From a virus, in IMG/VR virus record IMGVR_UViG_3300035670_000018, positions 32,001 through 96,000 of that record: 64,000 nt of DNA; one strand, given 5' to 3'. Both the position numbers and the translations under genes were made by a program. Below the pieces are notes generated by a model. It did not search any database. It saw only the letters and a program-made list of their open reading frames with translations, and was not told where the DNA came from. Positions 37,890-47,594 of the stretch are shown here, one piece after another; position 1 is the stretch's first letter; every line of letters starts with the position of its first letter.

Positions 37890-38383
37890 CTTACCGCATA
37901 AACAAATCTATTTCTGAAGCTTTAGGAATAGAATATCAAGAAATTCCAGAACTATCCGATCAAGAACTGAATAAATTTGAGATTTCTGAAACAGAAAGTA
38001 TTCCAGGTCCAAAACATTGTGATGAAACCAAACTAAGCATTTCACTTAGTAATAAGGAATACTACAAGACTGATAGAGGTTTGAAAAGACGCAAAATCAT
38101 ATCAGAAAGAAATAAGATTATCAAGTCTCAAGAAATGAAAAGTAGATGGGAACAAAACTATGAACAACTTAGAGAGTTGACAAAGAATAAAGGACGAAGA
38201 AAAGGTTGTAAAGACTTACGTAAGAGAAAGCAAAGAGACCTTAGAAAAGTTCAAAAAGATATGATACAATATAATGATGTGTATGCTGCTGCGTCTGTTC
38301 ACTATAAAGACAATCCAAACGGAGCGCATTATATAAGACGAATGTGTAGACTACAGATTTCAGGATGGAAGTATAATGACTAA
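37877..38383 (+). CDS. Homing-endonuclease-like basic protein (NUMOD-type motifs, no clear catalytic domain)
   Basis: KHCDETKLSISLS (NUMOD3-like), YNDVYAAA...IRRMC...GWKY (NUMOD1-like). Confidence 0.55.
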   Translation: MSIYTYRINKSISEALGIEYQEIPELSDQELNKFEISETESIPGPKHCDETKLSISLSNKEYYKTDRGLKRRKIISERNKIIKSQEMKSRWEQNYEQLRELTKNKGRRKGCKDLRKRKQRDLRKVQKDMIQYNDVYAAASVHYKDNPNGAHYIRRMCRLQISGWKYND

Positions 38384-39455
38384 AGTTGCTATGATAACAG
38401 ATTTACATCTTGGTGTTAGAAATGACAATCCAATCTTTTATGAATACTTCAAAAAATCGTTTGATTGGTTTTTCAATTACCTTGATGAACATAACATCAA
38501 AGATTGTATTGTGTTAGGTGATCTTGTTGATCGCAGGAAGTATATCAATATACTTACTGCTAATCGACTTAGGGAAGATTTTTTAGAACAACTTGAAAGT
38601 AGAAATATCAAAACACATGTTATTCCTGGAAATCACGATTGCTACTTCAAGAACACTAATGATGTAAACATATTGGAAGAAATAATCGGTAATCGCTACC
38701 AGAACATCAATATATACTCAACACCAACAGAGATTGAGATTGATGGTTGTGCATTCTTTCTTTTGCCTTGGATCACAAAGGCCAATGAAAAGGCGTGTTA
38801 TGAAGCTGTAGAGAATACCAAGTCACTTATTTGTTGTGGCCATCTTGAACTTGATGGGTTTGAGATGCAGAAAGGATTGTTATCAGACCATGGCTGGAAT
38901 CATAAAGTGTTTTCACGTTTTGATCATGTCTTTACTGGTCATTATCATCACCGTTCCACTCGGGATAATATTTACTATATTGGTGCTTTTTGTGAGCATA
39001 TATGGAGCGATTACAATGATCCTCGCGGTTTTATTATCTTTGATACAGGAACCCGTGTTGTTGAGTTTCTTCGCAATCCTTTTCGTATTTTTCATATGGT
39101 GGCTTATGATGATGTGAAGCATCCTGATATTCTTGAGAAGATTAGTGCAACTGACTATTCCAAGTTCAAAGATACCTATGTAAAGATTGTGTGTGTGAAT
39201 AAGACTAATCCATATGCGTTTGATGTTTTACTTGACAGATTGTATCAAGCACAAGCAGCAGACATTTCCATTGTGGAAGATATCAATTCGTTCACTGACA
39301 ATAATGCAGATGAACTTGTAGACGAAGCACAAGACACATTGACGATCCTAGATAATTTTATAAGTGGGTTGACATTACCTGTAGAAAATGATAAAATGAA
39401 ACATTACATGCGTGAGGTATATACCGAAGCACTGTCGTTGGAGACTATAGAATGA
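38376..39455 (+). CDS. gp47: Recombination endonuclease subunit gp47 (Mre11/SbcD-like)
   Basis: TDLHLG, LGDLVDRR, GNHD, GHLEL, GHYH. Confidence 0.95.
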   Translation: MTKVAMITDLHLGVRNDNPIFYEYFKKSFDWFFNYLDEHNIKDCIVLGDLVDRRKYINILTANRLREDFLEQLESRNIKTHVIPGNHDCYFKNTNDVNILEEIIGNRYQNINIYSTPTEIEIDGCAFFLLPWITKANEKACYEAVENTKSLICCGHLELDGFEMQKGLLSDHGWNHKVFSRFDHVFTGHYHHRSTRDNIYYIGAFCEHIWSDYNDPRGFIIFDTGTRVVEFLRNPFRIFHMVAYDDVKHPDILEKISATDYSKFKDTYVKIVCVNKTNPYAFDVLLDRLYQAQAADISIVEDINSFTDNNADELVDEAQDTLTILDNFISGLTLPVENDKMKHYMREVYTEALSLETIE

Positions 39456-39826
39456 AGTATAACATTGGTAACAAATTCTGGCGTGTGAATAAGATATTCA
39501 ACCGTCTCACAGGCGTACAGAAGAAGCTGAAGATGGTTGATGCTGATGGTATTGAATGGTATCGCTATGATAAGGATAGTGTCGATTTTGACTTGATGGA
39601 AGTCGAAATTGTAGGTACATTCAATGCTGTTGTCGAAGGGCACAACATTTGGAATGAAGAAGAGTATTGTGACCGCTACTGTATGAAGATCGGTGATCAC
39701 TACGATGAAGTGTGGGAAGATGAATTTGATGGTGAACATCGCGGACACTATACTTCTTATTTCCATACCAAAGAAGAAGCTGAAGAATACATCAAGGAAC
39801 AGCGTGAGTATCACAACGCACTATGA
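39452..39826 (+). CDS. Hypothetical protein
   Basis: 124-aa ORF with overlapping stop/start junctions to gp47 and gp46. Confidence 0.6.
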   Translation: MKYNIGNKFWRVNKIFNRLTGVQKKLKMVDADGIEWYRYDKDSVDFDLMEVEIVGTFNAVVEGHNIWNEEEYCDRYCMKIGDHYDEVWEDEFDGEHRGHYTSYFHTKEEAEEYIKEQREYHNAL

Positions 39827-41535
39827 TTACATTTGAACTGATTAGATGGAAGAACCTTCTTTCTACTGGTAATGCGTGGACTGAGATTGAACTGAATTCC
39901 TCAAAGACAAACTTGATAGTAGGCGCGAACGGGCATGGTAAATCAACCATACTTGACGCGCTTACTTTTGTTTTGTTTGGTAAACCATTCCGTAAAATCA
40001 ACAAGCCTCTACTTATAAACAGTGTGAATAACAAAGACTGTAAAGTTGAGATTGTATTCAAGGCCTACGGCAAAGACTACAAGATTGTGCGTGGCATTCG
40101 TCCTAATATCTTTGAGATATGGGTTGATGGTTCATTGTTGAATCAGGACTCAGCTTCCAGAGACTATCAGGAATATCTTGAAAAGTTCATTCTCAAGATG
40201 AACATGAAGTCCTTCTGTCAGATTGTCATTCTTGGTTCAGCATCTTTTACACCGTTCATGCAGCTAACACCTGCTGATCGTCGCACTATCATTGAAGACT
40301 TGTTGGACATTCAAATCTTCTCAGTAATGAGTCTATTGGTAAAGCAGCGTTGGCAAGAAAACAAGGAAAGTGTAGAGAAGAACCGTATGCTTCTCAAGTC
40401 TGCACAGGACAAGAGAGACTATGTTGAGCGTACACTTGCCAATCTAAAGCAGAACAATGATGACAGACTGCTTGAACTTGAAAAGCAGCTTGCAGATTTT
40501 ACACAGCAAAAGAAAGATTTGTTAGAGAAAGTGAAAGGTCTTCTGGATGAAAAAGAAGACCTGATGACAGATGTTCTCACACTGACAGATGTTCGCAATG
40601 ACTATTCAAACTCTATTGTATCGCTCACAACTCAGGAAACAAACATTCAAAGATGCGACAAAGAGATTGAGTTTCTGACTGAACATGATGAGTGTCCAAC
40701 CTGTAAGCAGCATATTGATGAACACTTCAGAGCAAGACGAAAGATCAAGCTTCATGAAGAAGCAGCAGAAGCACAGAAGTATGCTGATCTGCTAAAGAAG
40801 TATATGGACGATCTTCTCACAAAGATCAACAATCTTGAAGACAAGTCTAAGCGGTCGCATTCTATCTCTGCTGAAATCAAGTCCAGTAAGCAGACAATGA
40901 TGCATATCGTTTCCATGATGAACGACATTGAAGACAATATGAATAAGATCCGAAATGCAGACAAGCTTGTAATGGACAGCGAAAAGGACTTGAAATCTGC
41001 TGAAGAAGAAATCTATCGCATGGAAGGGTCTTTGCAGTTCCGTCTAAACGAACGTACCATGATTGAAACGGCCATGTCTCTACTCAAGGATGGTGGTATC
41101 AAGACGAAGATCATCAAGCAATATATTCCAATCATTAACAAGCTTGTAAATAAGTATCTTGCTCAGATGGGCTTTTTTGTCAACTTCAACATTGATGAGA
41201 ACTTCAATGAGGTAATCAAGTCTAGATATCGTGATGAGTTTTCATATTCCAATTTCTCAGAAGGTGAGAAGACACGCATTGATCTTGCATTGCTGTTTAC
41301 TTGGCGTTCCATTGCAAAGATGAAGAACAGTGTGAATACCAATCTGCTTATTCTGGACGAGATTCTTGATGGAAGTCTTGATGCAAATGGTACCGATGAG
41401 TTCCTCAAGATCATTCAGACATTGACAGATGACACGAACACCTATATAATATCACACAAACAAGATCAACTCTTGGACAAGTTTGATAAAGTATACCGCT
41501 TTGAGAAGCAAAAGAATTTTAGTAGGATGGTATAA
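39823..41535 (+). CDS. gp46: Recombination endonuclease subunit gp46 (Rad50/SbcC-like)
   Basis: GANGHGKST, CPTC hook, FSEGEK, LILDE, IISH. Confidence 0.96.
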   Translation: MITFELIRWKNLLSTGNAWTEIELNSSKTNLIVGANGHGKSTILDALTFVLFGKPFRKINKPLLINSVNNKDCKVEIVFKAYGKDYKIVRGIRPNIFEIWVDGSLLNQDSASRDYQEYLEKFILKMNMKSFCQIVILGSASFTPFMQLTPADRRTIIEDLLDIQIFSVMSLLVKQRWQENKESVEKNRMLLKSAQDKRDYVERTLANLKQNNDDRLLELEKQLADFTQQKKDLLEKVKGLLDEKEDLMTDVLTLTDVRNDYSNSIVSLTTQETNIQRCDKEIEFLTEHDECPTCKQHIDEHFRARRKIKLHEEAAEAQKYADLLKKYMDDLLTKINNLEDKSKRSHSISAEIKSSKQTMMHIVSMMNDIEDNMNKIRNADKLVMDSEKDLKSAEEEIYRMEGSLQFRLNERTMIETAMSLLKDGGIKTKIIKQYIPIINKLVNKYLAQMGFFVNFNIDENFNEVIKSRYRDEFSYSNFSEGEKTRIDLALLFTWRSIAKMKNSVNTNLLILDEILDGSLDANGTDEFLKIIQTLTDDTNTYIISHKQDQLLDKFDKVYRFEKQKNFSRMV

Positions 41536-41885
41536 TGACAAAGACACCCGTTGAAGAATCTGCACCATATGATAATTTCATTGGACAAACTACTGAACCA
41601 GTAGTGCCTGAAGAGCCAACTCTTGCAGACTTTCTTGGTATGGAAGATGATGAGGAAAGTGAACGTGAAAAGCTTTGGGTAGGAATGCCTGAGTTTGTTC
41701 AGAAAGACAATCCTCCATTCAAGACAATATATTTGCATTTCCGCAATCAGCAAGACTTTGATGAGTTTGTCTCTAAGTATAAGTCGGTTGATGATGAGCA
41801 AACGATTTCAAAGAAGACAAAGAGCATGTGGTATCCTCACCTTGACAAGGACGAGAACTCTTTGAAGAGATGGTTTGAAGAATGA
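41535..41885 (+). CDS. Hypothetical protein linked to the glycosyltransferase
   Basis: W.GMPEF.Q...PFKTIYLHFRN..D...F...TKSMWYP. Confidence 0.6.
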   Translation: MTKTPVEESAPYDNFIGQTTEPVVPEEPTLADFLGMEDDEESEREKLWVGMPEFVQKDNPPFKTIYLHFRNQQDFDEFVSKYKSVDDEQTISKKTKSMWYPHLDKDENSLKRWFEE

Positions 41886-42565
41886 CAGTTAAGACAGTAA
41901 CCTATAGAGACATCCAAGCAGAAGTAAGAGAAGGCACCTCAGATGAATTTGTAGTTCATGAGGTGTTTTCTGGTGAGTACAATAAGCTACAGATAAAGCC
42001 TGATGATGTTGTAGTTGACTTTGGTTTGAACATCGGAATGTTCACAACATTTGCATTGAAAAAGGGTGCAGCACTTGTTCATGGATACGAACCTGATATT
42101 GACAATTATAATCTCGCATGTAAAAATGTGGCAATGAATATTCCAGATACAAGCAAGTATGTACTACACAACGAAGCTGTTGTAGGCAATGATGATAAGA
42201 CCCGCGACTTTTCTATTAATCTCAAGAAGAACAAAGGCGCACACTCACTTGTTGCAAAGCGAGGCAGAGATACGGTTACAGTCAATTGTACCAATATCAA
42301 CTATGTCTTTGAGACAGTTCAACCAACAATAGTCAAGATGGACATTGAAGGTGGTGAACTAGAGTGTTTGCCTGCAATCAATAATTGGTACAACATTCGT
42401 GAGTTTATTATGGAATTTCATCATGCACATTTGAATGATCTAAAGACACATGAGAAGTATAATGACACTCTTGATCTTCTTCGCAAGCAGTTCAACTTTG
42501 TGCAAGCCAGAGAAGACACAAAGGGTGCATGGGTAAACATTGTATATTGCAGGAATGATGTATGA
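41882..42565 (+). CDS. FkbM-family SAM-dependent methyltransferase
   Basis: VVVDFGLNIGMF, GYEPD..NY, VKMDIEGGE. Confidence 0.85.
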   Translation: MTVKTVTYRDIQAEVREGTSDEFVVHEVFSGEYNKLQIKPDDVVVDFGLNIGMFTTFALKKGAALVHGYEPDIDNYNLACKNVAMNIPDTSKYVLHNEAVVGNDDKTRDFSINLKKNKGAHSLVAKRGRDTVTVNCTNINYVFETVQPTIVKMDIEGGELECLPAINNWYNIREFIMEFHHAHLNDLKTHEKYNDTLDLLRKQFNFVQAREDTKGAWVNIVYCRNDV

Positions 42566-43515
42566 CGAATCCAAAATGGCCAGTATATATTATATCAAAA
42601 GGTAGACATGAAAGCATGTTTACCTCACGCTCACTCGCGCGTATGAAGATACCACATTACATTGCTATTGAACCACAAGATGAAGAGAACTATGAAAATG
42701 CGCTGGATAACTTTAGCATTCGCGATTATGTTACCCTTCTTATTGCTCCTTTTTCTAACCACGGTGACGGTCCTGGTCGCGCAAGAAACTGGTGTTGGGA
42801 TCACTCAATCTCTATAGGTGCTGAGAAGCATTGGGTGTGTGATGATAATATTCAAGACTTCTACAGATTGAATCGCAATCAGCGTATTCGTGTAGAATCT
42901 GGAGTGATGTTCAAAGCGTGTGAAGACTTTGTGAACAGATTTGAGAATGTGCCAATCTCAGGGCTACAGTATCGTTTCTTCATTGCGCCGAATCAAAGCT
43001 ATTATCCTTTTGTGCTGAACACTCGTATCTATTCTACTCTGCTAATCTCAAACGATTGCAAGCATCGTTGGCGTGGCCGATACAATGAAGACACTGACAT
43101 TTGCCTTCGTGTATTGAAAGATGGCGATTGTACGATTCAGTTCAATAACTTTCTGCAAGGCAAAGCGGCAACGCAAACAGTCAAGGGTGGTAATACGGCC
43201 GAGTTCTATCATGCAGAAGGTGATCTTGACAAGAGCAAGTGGCGTGATGGTCATTTGAATGCAACGGGCACAATTAACAAATCCCAGATGCTGGTAGACA
43301 TGCACCCAGATGTGGCTCGAATCGCATGGAAATATGGACGCTGGCACCATTATGTGAATTATGAGCCTTTTCAGAATCTCAATCATCCGTTGAGAAGACA
43401 GCTTGGTTTAGGACCAGAGGATAATAAGCTGAGATTAAAACCAGGGGTTGATTTGAAGAGTTTCCCTAAGGTCAACAATTATGGGATGATTCTGCGAAAG
43501 ATATCAAAGACTTAG
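42562..43515 (+). CDS. GREB1/TET-associated (TAGT)-like GT-A glycosyltransferase
   Basis: PVYIISKGR, GPGRARNW, W..DDNI, NTRIYS, WRGRYNEDTD, GGNT, RWHH.V. Confidence 0.7.
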   Translation: MTNPKWPVYIISKGRHESMFTSRSLARMKIPHYIAIEPQDEENYENALDNFSIRDYVTLLIAPFSNHGDGPGRARNWCWDHSISIGAEKHWVCDDNIQDFYRLNRNQRIRVESGVMFKACEDFVNRFENVPISGLQYRFFIAPNQSYYPFVLNTRIYSTLLISNDCKHRWRGRYNEDTDICLRVLKDGDCTIQFNNFLQGKAATQTVKGGNTAEFYHAEGDLDKSKWRDGHLNATGTINKSQMLVDMHPDVARIAWKYGRWHHYVNYEPFQNLNHPLRRQLGLGPEDNKLRLKPGVDLKSFPKVNNYGMILRKISKT

Positions 43516-43624
43516 CCGAACCTAATAAAATCAATGACTTAGCCAACCAGCTATGCGTCCAGCGTATGGCTGGTATGCATTTGGGATACTTGTAAATCCG
43601 ACTTGCAATACCCATATATAGTAT

Positions 43625-43906
43625 ATGACAACGGAGACCTGTATGACCATCACTCTCAATCTGAACTCTGAGCAAGCAGCCATGCTTTCTCATGCCATTG
43701 TTGAGTTTCAAGATTCTTTCCACCGTCTTTCTCATGAAGATCATATGATCATTGAAAAAGACGTTTCCGATCTTGAGAAGCTTGTAATGCAGATTCTCGC
43801 TCAAACTAAAGTTGAACCCAATGTTCCTGTCATGCCCTCTGCTTTTGATTCAGATGAATTGATTGCAGAATGGAACGAGTGCTTTCATGAAGATCGAATC
43901 GGTTGA
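43625..43906 (+). CDS. Hypothetical early protein
   Basis: Short acidic ORF; a ggag RBS suggests the true start is the second Met (MTITL). Confidence 0.55.
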   Translation: MTTETCMTITLNLNSEQAAMLSHAIVEFQDSFHRLSHEDHMIIEKDVSDLEKLVMQILAQTKVEPNVPVMPSAFDSDELIAEWNECFHEDRIG

Positions 43907-43931
43907 CATGCATCACATTTCAGTCTATGAT
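43903..43931 (+). promoter_or_regulatory. Sigma70-type early promoter
   Basis: TTGACA-17 bp-TATGAT before the vWA gene. Confidence 0.8.
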
Positions 43932-43954
43932 ATGTCCATAATCAAGAGGACACT

Positions 43955-46186
43955 ATGGAAGTAGTACACAATCACAATGCTAAGTCCCAGCTAGCCAAGT
44001 TGCTGGCTACGGAAAACATTACGGTACAGCACTCGGCCGCCGCACAAACTGCTATGTTTGATGTGGTTAAGCGTGTTCTGATTCTCCCTGTCTGGCGCGA
44101 AATGTCCAATGACCTGTATGACATGCTGGTTGTTCACGAGGTTGGTCATGCTCTTGACACACCCTCTGACGGCTGGCTTGACGCATTGTCTGACATTGCA
44201 AAGCGAGTCACTGGTGCGGCTTCCAATCGTGCTATGGGTGCAGTCAAGGGCTTTCTAAACGTCATTGAAGACGCCCGCATTGACAAGCGCCAGAAGCGCC
44301 GTTTCCCTGGCTCTCGCCGCAACTATGTCAAGGGCTATGCTGAACTCATTGAACGTGACTTCTTTGGCACCAAGTCCAAGGACGTTAACTCTATGGCTTT
44401 CATTGACCGCTTGAATATCTACTTCAAGGGCGGTGCAATGTCTGGTATCAAGTTCTCGGCCGAAGAAAAGGCTATGGTTGCTAAGGTTGAAGCGGCTGAG
44501 ACTTTTGATGAGGTGCTTGCACTCACCGAGGAAATCTTCGGTTGGTCTAAGTCTAAGCAGGAACAGGACGAGCCTGAAACTGACTCGGACGATATTAGTG
44601 CTAAGGGTGGAATGTCCGACGAGGACGACTATGACTTTTCCGACGAGTCTGATGAGGAAGATTTCGGCGATGATGATGAGGAAGAAAACTATACCTCTGG
44701 TCGCGGCGATGACGACTCTGATGATGAGGACGAGGATGAAGACGGTGAGTCTGACTCGGACTATGATGCCGAAGCTAATGACGGCGTTCTCAAGCGCGAC
44801 TCTGATGATCCGATAAACGTCGGTGCAAAGTCTGATGATGACATTCCCGAGTCTGAAACTGAAAAGGCTTGGCAAAAGAATCAGGAAGACTTGGTAATCA
44901 AGTCGGACGAGGAATATGTCTATGTGAAGATCCCTCGCCCTGTCAAGTATGAACAGGTTGTAAATGATTACAAGATTGTTCTGGCGGATCAGCGCAAGTG
45001 TATTGCTGGCTTCTGGAACCAGGATTGGCTCAAGGCTGTTCGGACTGAACTCCAGAAGTTCAAGGCTGATGAAAACGCATCAATCTCTTTCATGGTTAAG
45101 GAGTTTGAAATGCGGAAGTCGGCTGATGAATACAGCCGTACCAGCATCTCTAAGACTGGCGTGATTGACACAAACAAGCTTCATTCATACAAGTATAATG
45201 ATGACCTGTTCCGTCGGATCACCACTGTTGCTTCTGGCAAGAACCACGGCTTTGTCATGTTTGTTGACTGGTCTGGCTCTATGGACATTCATCTTAAGAA
45301 GACTGTAAAGCAGCTTCTTTCGCTGACCATGTTCTGTAAGCGGGTTCAGATTCCGTTTGAGGTCTACTCGTTCCGTAGTGTCACTGGCTTTGATGTTGAT
45401 TCTGGTCGTATTAGTGGCAATCTTTTCACTACCAACCAGAATGAACTGTTCTTTGACAACTTCGTGGCCCGTAATCTGCTTTCATCGCGGATGAATGTTG
45501 CTGAATTCAATGATGCAATGTTCCATCTTTATGTGATGGCTTGCGGCGGTCATATTCGGAGCGATAGTCTCCAGTCCACTCCTCTTAACGAGTGTATTGG
45601 TGTGGCTGACATGATTGTCAATCGGTTCAAGGCTAAGTCTCAGGTTCAGATTGTTAACACAATCTTCCTGACTGACGGCGACTCTGATCCGATCCATGCT
45701 GTTAACGGTCTTATGTCTTCCTGGAAGTCCCGCAAGTATATTCTGCAGGATGAGATTACCAAGAAGACCTACGATATCCGTGCTAACAAGGACTCTTATC
45801 GGTATCGTGATCCTTACTCTGATAAGGAGATGACCAATCTCCTGCTCCGTGTTCTCAAGGATCGGACTGGCTGCAATCTGATCGGCTTCTATATCACCTC
45901 TTATGGCTTTAATTCAGCATATGACCGTGTGAACGGTCAGTCTGGCGAAGCGCAAAAGAAGGCTTCGGCCGATTGGCGTGATAATGGCTTCTTCGGTGTG
46001 TCAACTGCTGGTTATGATGAATACTATATTATCAACCAGAAGACGTTTGATGTATCGTCTGGAAATCTTAAGATTGATTCCAAAATGACCAAGAACAAGA
46101 TGGCCAAGGAATTCATCAAGTTTTCGGAAAAGAAAGCTGTGTCCCGCGTCTTACTCTCTCGGTTTGTCAAGCGAATTGCCGCTTGA
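43955..46186 (+). CDS. CobT-like protein: HExxH metallopeptidase-like N-terminus, acidic linker, vWA domain
   Basis: HEVGH, NVIEDARI, Asp/Glu-rich linker, MIDAS DWSGSM, STPL, LTDGD. Confidence 0.85.
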   Translation: MEVVHNHNAKSQLAKLLATENITVQHSAAAQTAMFDVVKRVLILPVWREMSNDLYDMLVVHEVGHALDTPSDGWLDALSDIAKRVTGAASNRAMGAVKGFLNVIEDARIDKRQKRRFPGSRRNYVKGYAELIERDFFGTKSKDVNSMAFIDRLNIYFKGGAMSGIKFSAEEKAMVAKVEAAETFDEVLALTEEIFGWSKSKQEQDEPETDSDDISAKGGMSDEDDYDFSDESDEEDFGDDDEEENYTSGRGDDDSDDEDEDEDGESDSDYDAEANDGVLKRDSDDPINVGAKSDDDIPESETEKAWQKNQEDLVIKSDEEYVYVKIPRPVKYEQVVNDYKIVLADQRKCIAGFWNQDWLKAVRTELQKFKADENASISFMVKEFEMRKSADEYSRTSISKTGVIDTNKLHSYKYNDDLFRRITTVASGKNHGFVMFVDWSGSMDIHLKKTVKQLLSLTMFCKRVQIPFEVYSFRSVTGFDVDSGRISGNLFTTNQNELFFDNFVARNLLSSRMNVAEFNDAMFHLYVMACGGHIRSDSLQSTPLNECIGVADMIVNRFKAKSQVQIVNTIFLTDGDSDPIHAVNGLMSSWKSRKYILQDEITKKTYDIRANKDSYRYRDPYSDKEMTNLLLRVLKDRTGCNLIGFYITSYGFNSAYDRVNGQSGEAQKKASADWRDNGFFGVSTAGYDEYYIINQKTFDVSSGNLKIDSKMTKNKMAKEFIKFSEKKAVSRVLLSRFVKRIAA

Positions 46187-46211
46187 CAACCACCTCTTCC
46201 TAGACTATAAT
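46183..46211 (+). promoter_or_regulatory. Sigma70-type early promoter (perfect consensus)
   Basis: TTGACA-17 bp-TATAAT; the -35 is overlapped by a 10-bp inverted repeat TTGTCAAGCG/CGCTTGACAA (46164-46189). Confidence 0.88.
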
Positions 46212-46249
46212 ATACACATAATCCAAAACACACACAAAGGAAAGTTCTA

Positions 46250-47488
46250 ATGGCTAAGTCCGTTGATAAGAGTGCCTTTTTTGCCGCTGTCAAGGCTGAG
46301 TATGGTGATATCAAGACCATCACTCGCCAGCAGCTGGTTCATCTTTACGAGAATTGCAATGTTTCCTATCCGACGTGGCTTGTCAAGGACGATTCGCGGC
46401 GTATCGGTCGTGGTGTTTACTCTCTTGATGACTCTGGTATTAATGTCCAGACTGTGGCTAAGGCTGCTTGGATTGTGAAGCGGGCTAAGAATGTTATTGC
46501 AGCTTCCGACATTGCTTCGGAAGTTCCTGTTGCTCCGAATACTGCTATCTCGGTGGCTAACCAGTCCGATCTGAGCATGGCTGCTCTCCATGCTTCAGAA
46601 GCTATTACTCTGGTGCCTTCCAAGGCTAAGGGTTACGTTCCCTTCGGCCACTTTGCCGATGTTCGCATGATCATCAAGTCTGGTAAGTTCTATCCGACTT
46701 ATGTGACTGGTCTGTCTGGCAACGGTAAGACCATGATGATTGAACAGATTTGCGCCCAGGAAGGTCGTGAACTGGTTCGCGCCAACATTACCAAGGAAAC
46801 GGACGAGGATGATCTGATCGGTGGCTTTCGTCTCATTGACGGTAAGACTGTCTGGCAGAACGGCCCTGTTATCGTGGCTATGGAACGTGGTGCGATTCTG
46901 CTTCTGGACGAGGTTGATCTTGGTGACGCCAAGCTTATGTGTCTCCAGCCTGTGCTTGAAGGCAAGCCGATCTATCTCAAGAAGATCAATCGGGTTGTGA
47001 CGCCTGCCGCTGGCTTCAACATTCTAGCCACTGCGAACACCAAGGGTAAGGGTTCGGACGATGGTCGCTTCATCGGTACCAATGTCATGAATGAAGCCTT
47101 CCTTGAAAGGTTCAGCATCACCTTTGAGCAGGAATATCCGCCGCTCAAGACCGAAGCCAAGATCCTTAACAATGTGCTTCAGGCATCTGGCATTGAAGAC
47201 AAGGACTTTGCCGACAAGCTTGTCAACTGGGCTGACATGATCCGCAAGGCGTTCTATGATGGTGCGGTTTCCGATATCATCTCGACCCGTCGACTCGTCC
47301 ACATTTGCGAAGCGTTCGCAATCTTCGGCCGTGACCGTGAGAAGGCAATCAAGCTTTGTCTGAACCGCTTTGATGTTGATACCAAGAACGGCTTCATGGA
47401 TCTCTACCTGAAGCTGGACGAGACTGTCAATCCTCAGCCGGTTAAGACCGAAGAAGCTGCGGTTTCCGATGCTGAGATTGCTTTTTAG
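46250..47488 (+). CDS. cobS: CobS/MoxR-type AAA+ ATPase
   Basis: GLSGNGKT, ETDEDDLIGG, LLLDEVD, TANTKGKG, NEAFLERF, ISTRRL. Confidence 0.88.
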   Translation: MAKSVDKSAFFAAVKAEYGDIKTITRQQLVHLYENCNVSYPTWLVKDDSRRIGRGVYSLDDSGINVQTVAKAAWIVKRAKNVIAASDIASEVPVAPNTAISVANQSDLSMAALHASEAITLVPSKAKGYVPFGHFADVRMIIKSGKFYPTYVTGLSGNGKTMMIEQICAQEGRELVRANITKETDEDDLIGGFRLIDGKTVWQNGPVIVAMERGAILLLDEVDLGDAKLMCLQPVLEGKPIYLKKINRVVTPAAGFNILATANTKGKGSDDGRFIGTNVMNEAFLERFSITFEQEYPPLKTEAKILNNVLQASGIEDKDFADKLVNWADMIRKAFYDGAVSDIISTRRLVHICEAFAIFGRDREKAIKLCLNRFDVDTKNGFMDLYLKLDETVNPQPVKTEEAAVSDAEIAF

Positions 47489-47517
47489 TTGACAGAGGGA
47501 CTATGTCCCTCTATAAT
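47489..47517 (+). promoter_or_regulatory. Sigma70-type promoter with palindromic spacer
   Basis: TTGACA-17 bp-TATAAT; the spacer region forms AGAGGGAC-tat-GTCCCTCT. Confidence 0.85.
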
Positions 47518-47594
47518 AATGGGATGGTGGTAAGAGTCACACACCGTCCCATTATCTTTGTTTGAATGTGACTCGTTTATTATGGAGTGTTTGA

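Noticed and set aside
44255-47302. Multiple overlapping alternative-frame ORFs in the vWA/AAA region
   Set aside because: Expected from higher GC and strong codon bias; no recognisable motifs.
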